From Octopus bimaculoides (Eukaryota), in contig NC_068992.1 of the NCBI RefSeq assembly GCF_001194135.2, positions 35,468,929-35,518,852 of the forward strand: a DNA stretch of 49,924 nucleotides, in the 5' to 3' direction. Positions 40,108-49,924 of the stretch are shown here, in pieces. Position numbers and translations under genes: made by a program. Every line of letters begins with the position of its first letter. Positions within the stretch are counted from its first letter, which is position 1. Under the pieces are notes generated by a model. The model saw only the letters and a list, made by a program, of their open reading frames with translations, made no database searches and had not been told where the DNA came from.

Positions 40108-40205
40108 TGTTTTGTAGAACACCCCCATTGGTTGGCTCCTAATGGACTGTGCTACAATATAAATGGCCATACGCAGAGAGTCTTATGCAGAGTAAACCTG
40201 AGAGG
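40108..40205 (+). mobile_element. First half of a gypsy LTR (probably the 5' LTR of the 45.3-49.9 kb element)
   Basis: Aligns with the 3' LTR at about 49724-49816 (gtagaac..ggttggctc..aatggactgtg..catacgcagagagtctt); about 15 mismatches in ~90 nt by hand count. Confidence 0.8.
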
Positions 40206-40214
40206 TACATTATT

Positions 40215-43200
40215 ATTGCGGTTTCACCTACGGGCTTGTTTTTTGATTGACGTTCTTTTCCCCACTTGGAGGAAAAGAATTTTGAAATGGAATGTTCGCC
40301 AGAACACGTCGGTGATTATGCGTCGACGGTCAGTAGTCGAGCGACCAACTTTGCAAACACATTGGAAGTGTGAGTAGTAACAATAGACCTCAAAAAGATT
40401 GGAAGTCACAGGGAGCTGCTCCACAAGGAAGTGGAAAGCCTGCGACTGATCCCGCCAGAGGAAGTGGCCAATAGTACGAGAAAAAGGACAGTGGTATACA
40501 GAACGCTGTTCATATCCCCCCAAAAAATCAGATAGCGACAGAGGAGGCTATTGAAAAGTGCCTAGAAAATGTGAAAAGTGTAACCACTGGAGGAAGAAAG
40601 TACGGCACGGTGGAGGTGAGGTTTACTACAGAAGAAGAGGCAACCAATCACTCCACTCTACCTCTGAGATCACAAGAATGGGTGCTCCTGCCAACCTACT
40701 GCGGTAAAAGAGTCGCGAAAATCAGCGTTGGCAAGGTGTCGCAAGAATTAAAGGAAGCATGATTAGTGGTAGCCATAACTTATGAAACAGAAGAAATAAA
40801 AATATTGCAAGTAACAAGATCTAAGAAGCTGAATTGAGGGGTTATGGACTGGAAATGGTGACCCAAGCCAGCCAAGAATTGGATGTAATAACGGAAGAAA
40901 TTACTACTGCCGGAAGATAAGAAATTAAGAGTGGTAGTGGAGGGTCGTCCACCCACCTCCTATCACTGTGGTGTGAAGGAGCACATGAAAGCAAAATACT
41001 CCGAGCTAAATAAGTGAAATCCAACGTGAGCCAGAGAGAAATGCAGAGATAACAGCCCCAAGCATGGATGAAAATACGGAAGATACAGATGAAGAAGGAT
41101 TCATTGAAGTTCCAAAAAAAAAAAAAGAGAAATGTGGCTACAGGGTCACCCCCGAAATCTACTAAAAAGATAAAGAAAAGCATTAACACTGAAATTGACA
41201 CAAATATTTAACAGACTAGACATACTTACACAGCATACACCACAAGTAGAAACACCAAAAAATAGTGATACCAGCCCGGTTAGCTCCAGACCCAAATGTA
41301 GACAGACAAAATACACAGACCCACAAAATCCCCCGAAAACACAAGGCATACGCCAAAAGCACGGCAATCCAACGCATGATTACCAGCATTAAGTCGGTAA
41401 TAAGAGTGAGATTACCGGCTGAGGCGAAATCGGAATACACCAAATGCATATTAGTCGACAGAGAAAAATACACAAAATTAAAAGAAATATTTGGTTCACT
41501 AATTGACCCGTTGGGAGAGGAGGTAGACTATAAAGCCCTACCTCCGATTGTGGATTACAAAATCATAATACAGTACCTGAACTAGTAAATACAGTAAGTA
41601 AAATTTTTAATGATGACAATTCGATGTAAAAAAACTCCAAAAGCAGAAACAGTTAAATGCAACCACCCGAGAGTGGGGATCGAGAAATTTGTTGTTACAA
41701 CCTCCGGTTGTGGATTACAAAGACATACTACTGTATATTAACCATAAAGGTCGAAATATAGAGTGGACGATACAAGGAGAAACAAAGGGTCGGGGCACGA
41801 ATAGAATATATAATCGATGATAAATGTATATAAAATTCGGATGAGAATTAAAAATGAATAAAAAAAAAAAAAATCAATGAAGTCAGGCATGTGGCCGACC
41901 CCACAAACCACATTTCAACACTGAATCCTTTGGTAGACTCTTTAATCAGGCTCATTTACTCTCAACACTCTTGCTACAGTCGTCCATCATTTCCGAAATA
42001 TTCTGTGCGACAGTTATCTCCTCTCCATCCTTATTTTCCTTTTCATATGGAAAAGGAAAAGGCTCACCAACCCAAGGCTAGAGATGAAAGTGCCTGTCAC
42101 GATCCCTTTTACTCTCGTCTTCCACACTACCTCCTTCGCGGTAGCTACTACGCAGAGGAAATGAGCCTGCTCTTCCCTAATGAAGGAAGGCGGCGGAACA
42201 ATCTTAATTATAGACTCGGTTAACAGTTGTACACTTCTCAGATGCGACATCAGTTTTTCGGTAATAAACCCACTGTTGTGCGTCACATCTAAGACGACCA
42301 ACCTGCCCTCCGGGTCTACAAAAACAGTTCTTAGCTCTAAACACAGATTTTTCCTGAGTAGGACTGCAACTCCTCTTCCACTCCCAGGTTGGCTTGGAAA
42401 AATAAATTTCTGCTAACCGTTTAGAAGAGAAAAAGTCTGTTTGGTTTCGGTAGTAAGTACTAATTCCAAACTAAGCAACTTGAGGTCGTCAAGGAGGCAG
42501 CTTTGCTTCCAATCTGAACCCAGGCACATTTATGCAATCTACGTTGAGCGAGAATATGAAGCAGTCTTACCTTCCAAAGAGGAAGAATGGTCATCCCTCC
42601 TCCTCCGTTTTTCCTTGCGCCATGACTTGGGGCCTTTATGAATGGTTGATAAAAATGAAATGAAAAGTTTTTAGAAAGGACCAACGTCCTCTTTGAAAGT
42701 CTTTCTTAAGGCTGCATAGCCTGTTGAGTCAATTTGAATGAATTGTATGTGGGATGGGATAGATAGGTTCTCGGGTGCACGGAACGAAGAAGCAGCTGGA
42801 AAGTTTTGTATAACTTGTGTGAGATTTTCATTTTTGGTGTTTATAGAGGTAATGTTAATGCATTGTTGGGGATCGGTGGTTGGGGAATTTGGCGGGTTTG
42901 TGTGTTTGTGGTTTTACTTGAGGTGGTGCGAATGCTTGTGTCAGAGGGAGTGCGGAGGGGACTCTTACTTTTCTGCTTCTCTTTTTTCGGGTGTCCGTAT
43001 TCTACTCCATGTCTTCTATGGGTGGTAGTTGCGTTCCCGTCTCTTCTGCCGTTCTTTTTATCGCTTCTTTGGGCGGTTGGATTTCTTTTGGTGGCTGGCT
43101 TTCTTTCTCTAGTAAATATTCTAACGTTGTTGGTTTGTTAGTGGGTTTCGATGGTGGAGGACATTCCGATCTTATGTAGCCTTTTTGGCCACACTTGTAA

Positions 43201-44388
43201 CATCCCGGCCTTCGATCCTCCACCATGATCCCTAGGCTAATGTCTTACCCGATTAAAATGGACTCTGGTAACTTTTCTAAATCTGCAGGGGCCGCTTGAA
43301 TCAGTATTTCGAGTCGTTGGCCCTGCTAATTTTGTTGCAGGTATTGTTTGGCCTAGAGGATGGTTATTTTATCCTCTAAGTCCAGTGCAATAGCTGCCGT
43401 GAGACAGCCAACATCAATCTCCGGCGGAATGTCTTCTACCTTTACCTAGGAATTATGCCTCCCAATGTATGTCAGTAGGAGCACTAGTTCAACAAATTTG
43501 AGCGGGGCGGTTGAGTGTTGCCTGGCTAACTCCTCCGATGGAAATCTCACTTCCACACAGGCAAATTTTTGCCTCGAGTGATGTAAGTTATATCCTTCCT
43601 GATGGGCTGAAGGCACTTTTCTATGGCTTCCTTTGAAGCAATCTCAATTCTTTTTGTTCTTTACATTATATGCCTTGTAGAACACAGTCCTCTTCTGGGT
43701 GGTAAGCGTTACTTCGCTGGGTAGCTTTATTCTAACGTCGAAACCCTCTTTTCGAAGTATTCTCCAGTATTTGTCCAGTTTTTTTTTTTAATTTCCTTAG
43801 AAATGTATCTTTCACTCACGCTGGCGGCTGCAGCAAAATTGTTACTTTTTTAACAACTATTAGTTCGGTATTTACTTCGGGTTCGGTTATTATTACTTTC
43901 CATTGCCTCAGCAATCATTTCTTCTTCGTCAGACGAGGAAACACAAGTATCAGATAAATCAAAAAATAACTTCGCTATCATTATAGGTTTCTCCCTTCGA
44001 GAAGGGGAAAACTCTATAAAATTGCAACTGCACCGTTAAAATTGTTTACAACAACAAATAACGTGGAAGAGTCCAATAATACGACTTCACAAAATAAAAT
44101 ACCTTCGCAGCCGAAAAAACACGTCTATCTAGCAAAGACAAAATACAGTATCTGAGCTAGTAAATACAGTAAGTAAAATTTTTAATGAAGAAAATTTGAT
44201 AAAAAATTGAAAACAGTTAAACATAACCAACCGACATTGGGGTCCGAGTGGCCATTTCATCTTCATATTTTATATAATTTCACCTTTCATCCATTTCATG
44301 TTTTTGTCCCCACTTGTATTGTTCTGTCTGTCCTTGTACCGTCCATTCTTTATTACGGGCCTTTGTGCCTTATAAAGGATTAAGAATT
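40215..44388 (+). mobile_element. Element A: ORF1-only Tx1-like element (split by element B)
   Basis: ORF1 remnants (GRKYGTVEVRFTTEEEA; degenerate VEGRPPT.YHC; ending ..VDYKIIIQYLN*), a ~160-bp tandem duplication, and a LINE-type 3' end ..ccttgtaccgtcc..ataaaggattaagaatt. No ORF2 remnant was found. Confidence 0.7.
41726..44132 (-). mobile_element. Element B: internally deleted Tx1-like LINE flanked by 8-bp TSD CAAAGACA
   Basis: ORF1 (VEDRRPGCYKCGQKGYIRSEC), endonuclease N-terminus (TETK..GRGVAVLLRK..DPEGRLVVLDV) fused to ORF2 C-terminus (TESIIKIVPP..AKEVVWKTR) and 3' UTR. caaagaca occurs at 41718-41725 and 44133-44140. Confidence 0.82.
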
Positions 44389-44403
44389 AAGTGTAAAGCC
44401 GAG

Positions 44404-45299
44404 TCTTTGGAATAACGTGCGAATTTTTTGATTGTCGGCTTCGGCCAAGGTTAGTGAATATTTGAACTGTTGATTGTTAAAATTGTAACTACTTTGTTGA
44501 ATTTTTTTAGGTATTTTGAAACACATAGCTTGTTAAGCAAGCTTGTGGTTTTGTTGTTCTTCTCAACCTTCACCCCCGCGTGGGATGGAGGCAGAGATGC
44601 CTAGTGCAGGCGTAAAGAAGAAAACGGAAGCTACGCACCAGTAGCGAGAAAAAAGAATGAAACGCAGTTCGAATTGAGAGAGGTAGTGATATCTCTCGAG
44701 AAGCTACGGAAATGCAAGAAGTATGCAGAAAAGGAGGGGGACAAAGTAAAGCTGACCCCTCCAGAAGAGCTTTTGGCAGAAGTAGAAAAATGAAAAATTA
44801 TGTACAGGACCCTCAACCTGAAGGAAACTAAGATAAAAGTGGCTACGGAGGAGGACATCGAAAGGTGTCTTGACTGCATAAAAAAGGAAGTAACTTTTTA
44901 TGCACGTGGAAGAAAATTCGGTACAGTGGATGTGAGATTTGCCTCCACAGAAGAAGCAGTAAAGAACTCCACTATACTTATAAGAAACGAAGAATGGCTG
45001 ATCCTACCAACATACTTAGGTAAAAGAGTATCTAGGATAAGGGTTGGCAGTATACCACCTGAAATCAAGGAGGAGTGGGTAGCGGCGGCTGTCCTCTCCG
45101 GTACCAAGGAAGAGCCCAGCATCGTTCAAGCAGCAAGAACTCAGAAGCTAAACAATCAAGGACGTCCATCCTCATTTTTGTACATTACTCGTTTTCATTC
45201 ATCGCTTAATGATTTATGTCCACACTTGTACGGTCTTGTCCTGTCCTTGTATCGTCTTTTCTGTGTTTGACGCCTCGTGACTAATAAAGAATTAGAATT
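44404..45299 (+). mobile_element. Element C: Tx1-like ORF1 N-half joined directly to LINE 3' end
   Basis: KIKVATEEDIERCL..GRKFGTVDVRFASTEEA..PTYLGKRVSRIRVG (44800-45150), then a 3'-UTR-like ..ctgtccttgtatcgtc..aataaagaattagaatt. Confidence 0.75.
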
Positions 45300-46132
45300 A
45301 GCAGTGTAAAGCCGGGAGTTGCGTATTGTCGAGGGTTATTACCAGTACCTTGAGTAGAACGATTTGCTAGGACATTATTATTATCCCATTATATCGTACG
45401 TTGAATGTGCGATACAACAGTGGTGATGAAGTTTCAAATAGTACTGAAATGGAAGAGTTACTGAAAGCAATCGTAAAACAACACGAGCAGCAACAGCAGC
45501 AACTACAGAGGTTAACAGAGATGTTACTGCAGGCGAGAAATACGACAGAATGATTTTCAGCGGACGATATTGCAAAGTCCATCAAAGAATTTCAGTACAA
45601 ACCGGATGAAGGAACTACCTTTACCGCGTAGACATATTCAGACAGGAATGCAAGGGATGGTCTAGTGAAAGGAAGATAAGGCTCTTTTAGCGAAAACTTG
45701 CCCTTCCGGAACTCGAAAGTGTTTGTTACTTTATTTTGCCAAGAAAGCCCGCGGAATTGTGTTTTGATGAAATGATAAATATTTTGACTAATATATTTAA
45801 AGAAAAAAGTTCGCTGTTTAACATTCGATGAAAATGTTTAAATTTAAAGAAAAATTGAGTTCAACGACTTTGTAATATATATCGGTATTGTTAATAAGGC
45901 TTGTGAAAGGTTTCAGCCGGAAGAATTAATGCCAGATATGTTCAAGTGCCTAATATTCGTTAATGGGCTTGTTGCAACGGAAGATGCGGAAATTAGGAAA
46001 CGAATATTATCAAAGTTGAATCAAGATGTGAAACTAGCCTTGCAGAAAGTGGCTGAGAAATGCCAATAAATAATAAACCTTCGAGAAGATACAAGAAAAA
46101 GAGAAGACAATAATAATAAGAAGAATAATGTA

Positions 46133-46221
46133 CACCCTGGGCAAGTGTTTTCTACTATAACTTCGGGCCGACCAAAGCCTTGAGAGTGGATTTGGTAGAC
46201 AGAAACTGAAAGAAGCCCGTC

Positions 46222-46269
<48 letters not shown>

Positions 46270-46466
46270 ATTTTTGTGTGTCTGTTTGTCCCAACAACAT
46301 CGCTTGACAACCAATGTTGGTGTGTTTACGTCCCCGTGACTAAGCGGTTCGGCAATAGAGACCGATAGAATAAGTACTAGGCTTACAAAGAATAAGTCCT
46401 GGGATTGACTAAGGCGGTGCTCCAGCATGGCCGCAGTCAAATGACTGAAACAAAAGAGCAAAAGAG
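46133..46466 (+). mobile_element. SINE inserted in gypsy gag
   Basis: ctgggcaagtgttttctactata..gggccgaccaaagcc..(TG)n..ggtgctccagcatggccgcagtcaaatgactgaaac. Gag-like sequence resumes afterwards. Confidence 0.88.
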
Positions 46467-49400
46467 TAAACGCTTAAAGAAAGTACAGAAAGGAAACAAT
46501 ATAAATCCAAAACCGTGTTATGGTTGCGGAGACCTGCATTTTAAGAAAGATTGCCCCTTTAAACATAAAACATGCTGTAAGTGCAGTAAAGTTGGGCATA
46601 GACAGTCGAAATACTGGTTAAAGAAAAATGTAAAACCAACAGAAGTCTACTCAACAAAAATAAATTATACCATACAAAACCGAAAATTTGTGTCGGTAGA
46701 AGTAAATGGTTTTCAGACTAAAATGCCGGTTCAGACGTATCGATAATTAATACGGCAACATAGATGAAGTTAGGAAGGCCGGTATACAGAAAAAACTACT
46801 AGGATAGCTTACGGTGTGTCAGATGAACGAGATCAATTGTTGGGCGAAATTTTGCCAGAAATAAAACTTAAAAACATGACGCGGAAAAGTAAAATAATGG
46901 TATCTAAAAATACAATGAATCTGTTCGGGACAGTTTTAATGGAAGAATTTGACCACGAAATACATTATGTAATTAGGTGAAAGTGTCAGATAATGCATCG
47001 GAAAAATTGAAATCATAATTAAAGAAAATGTACCTTGTTGTGTTCTCGAAGGAACTCGGAACGTGTAAAAAAATCTAAGTAAAGTTTGAGTTGAAAGAAA
47101 ATGCGGTGCCGGTGTTCAAACCGAATAGAAATGTGCCTTTTGCGGTGTTAAATCAAGTTGAGAAGGAATGAAAAAGATTGGAAGATATGGAGGTAATTGA
47201 AAAAGGAGACTACTCAGAGTGGGCGGCTCCTGCTGTATATATAAAAAGAAAAACAACAAAACAAGAGTATGTGCGGACTTCTCAACGAGTCTTAATGATT
47301 GTTTAAAAAGATACAATTATCCGCTTCCAAATCTAGAAGAAATATTTGCTAAGTGCAACGGTGGGAAAATTTTTTTCCAAGCTCGACTTGTCAGAGGCCT
47401 ACCTCCAATTACTTGAAGATGAGAAATGTGCTAAACTATTAACAGTTAATACTCATGAAGGTCTGTACCGTTTCGAAAGACTGCCATTCGGGTTAAGTTC
47501 GCACCAGCAATATTTCAGCAGGTGATGGATACTATGCTAGCAGATTGTGTGTTTGTGGTCCCATGCTTGGATGACATATTGATCAAAAGTAAATCGAGGG
47601 ACCAGTATGTTGAACATATAAATTTTGTTTTCAAAGGATAAGCGACTATGGATTTAAAGTGAAAATAAATGCGATTTTTTTAAACAAAAATAAAGTACTT
47701 GGGACAGGTAATCGATGAAAACGAATGAAAACCGAACCATTCTAAGGTCGACGCGATAAAAAAATATGCCTGCTCCCACTAACAACACAACATTACAAGC
47801 ATCTTTCGGTCTGGTAAGTTATTACCAGCTGCACATACGTAAGATTATGAGCTAAGAGCTCCGTGAAATAATTTGTTATGGAAAGGCACGAAATGCGACT
47901 GGAAAAACGAATGTCAGAAAGTATTCAACGAATTAAAAAAGAGGCTAACATCAGAGGTACCATTAACTCATTTCGACCCAAGTCTGAAAATAATTGTGGC
48001 ATCGGATGCCAATGGTGTAAGAGCGGTGATATTGCATAAATTTAATGATGGTAAAATCAAAGTTATTGCACATGCATCAAAAGTTCTCCTAGTAGCAGAA
48101 AAAAAAACACCTACAGCCAGAACGAAAAGGAGGTTTTATCATTAAACGTCGCAGTAAAGAAATTCCATAAATTCCTACACAGTAGGAAGTTTACACTGCA
48201 AACTGATCGTTACTGTATATTTCGGTTCGAAATAGGGTATCCCCATGCACTCAGCAAACCGCTTATAGGGAGACTACCTTGTTGAACTATGATTTTCAGA
48301 TGGAGTTTTTGCCATCAAAGAAAATGGGACACGCGGTCTAGGCTTATTCCAAAATATAAGGAACCTTTTGAAGACACAGTGGCTAGAAATGGAAGTGAAA
48401 AACATTTTGTGCAATGCAGTACGTGATTTGCCGGTAACGGTGGAAGAAATTGAATTGAAATTGGAAAAAGATATGTTCATGAACAAGATAATAAATATTG
48501 TTAGATAGTAACGCGAAAAATAATATAAATACATTATTCAAAGCATTATTCAATATGTGATGATGTATTATTATATGCACAAAAGGTGGTAATACCTGAA
48601 GTACTGCAAATCAGAGTATTAAAAGCTTTCCATGTAGGACATCCGGGGTTTGCCCGGATGAAAAGCCTCATGAGGAGTTACGTGTATTGGCCGAATATGA
48701 ACAAGCAAATTGAGAGACTGGTTAAACAATGCAGGGGATGCGTTATGACAGCAAATGCGCCCCTAAAGCAGATAGAGCTGTGGCTAAAAACGGACTCAGC
48801 ATGGTCTAGACTACATGTGGATTTCGCAAGGACCATTAAATGGCTCCTATTATATCATTGTGGTGGATAGCTATTCCATATGGCCTGAAGTGTGTAAATG
48901 TTGAAGGCCAACCACAAATGTGACTATTGATTTCTTGGAAGAATTGTTCGCTCGTTATGGAGTGCAAGATACGATCGTATCAGATAATGGCACACAATTC
49001 ACGGCGTAGGAGTTCGAAAGATTCGGTAAGTCGGTCCAGAGGAAGCGTGTGTTAACTCCACCATACCATCCCAGGTCAAATGGTTTAGCTGAAAGAATCG
49101 TCGACACATTCAAGAGAGCCTTAATAAAGACCAGACGGGAAACCCTTGAAGATAGAAATATGACAAAGTTCTTACAAATTTTTTCATAACACCGAATCCA
49201 AATGCAGAGTCGGGTAGGTTGCTCGCAGATTTAATGTACACCAGAAAGATTCGTTCTCTGTTTGACAAATTGTTGCTGAGTAGGAAACGGAAAATAGAAA
49301 ATTCGGGAAGTAGAACGAAATTTTTTAACACAGGTGATGAAGTGTATTTTAAAATATACACAAACGGAAAATAGGACTGGGAACAAGGGAATATAACTGA

Positions 49401-49713
49401 ACGTCTGGGTAATGTGATGTAATGGTAAAAGGACCAAATTATGAACATAAACGGCATTTTAACTAACTAAAGAAAAGATATACCAAAAATCAAGATAGGT
49501 GAGAGGATCCAATGGATATATTGTATGACATGTTTGAGGTCCCAGAACCAGAAGTGAAAGCAAAACAGACACGCAGGTTGAACAGGAAAAGAAAACCTAC
49601 AGAAATTATGGAAATTTACACCAAGAGAAAGAGATATGCCAGTTTCTCACCAAGGAAATAAAATTGATAAAAGTAAGGAATAAATAAATAAAGCTAATCT
49701 CAAAAGGGAGAGG

Positions 49714-49914
49714 TGCTGTGCGGAAGTAGAACGCCTCTATCGGTTGGCTCTTAATGGACTGTGGCACAATGTAAATGGACATACGCAGAGAGTCTTGGGC
49801 AGCGTAAAGCCGAGGGTTGCGTATTGTCGAGGGTTATTACCAGTATCTTGAGTAGAACGATTTGCGGGGTCATTATTATTTTCCCATTATATCGTACATC
49901 AAACGTGCGATACA
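49714..49914 (+). repeat. Gypsy 3' LTR (~200 bp)
   Basis: Starts TG right after the polypurine tract. Its second half matches 45300-45416 with about 12 mismatches in ~116 nt by hand count. Confidence 0.88.
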
Positions 49915-49924
49915 ATGATATATA

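Larger units (their letters stand above)
45300..49914 (+). mobile_element. Degraded Ty3/gypsy (Mag-like) LTR retrotransposon
   Basis: LTR half 45300-45419, PBS-like tggtgatgaag at 45421, gag ATG 45449 with double Cys knuckle CYGCGDLHFKKDCPFKHKTCCKCSKVGH, RT (SEWAAP, CADFS, LDDILI), RNase H (VASDA), integrase HHCC (HVGHPG..CRGC) and core ([18 protein letters not shown]), PPT aaaagggagagg, 3' LTR ~49714-49914. Confidence 0.93.

Overview
This is eukaryotic, AT-rich, microsatellite-laden draft-assembly DNA with many N gaps. It is most likely from an octopus, inferred from the SINE families and repeat landscape and not provable from the window. No intact host gene is recognisable, and nearly all informative sequence is decayed mobile elements. 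These are several Tx1/L1-type LINEs (ORF1 with CCHC knuckle; ORF2 with APE endonuclease and RT), an R4/Dong-type RLE LINE 3' end, a Chapaev3-like DNA transposon with TIRs and TTA TSD inserted in a LINE RT, a degraded Ty3/gypsy (Mag-like) LTR element, a second gypsy fragment, Tc1, Helitron and Penelope fragments, many tRNA-type SINEs, and a 1.6-kb foldback element. The most interesting structure is at 40.1-45.4 kb. The gypsy 5' LTR appears split by a stack of internally deleted, mostly ORF1-only Tx1-like elements, with the same ~15-bp target-like motif at three junctions. Most ORFs in the supplied track are microsatellite or gap artefacts. Boundaries of degraded elements are approximate and were read by hand.
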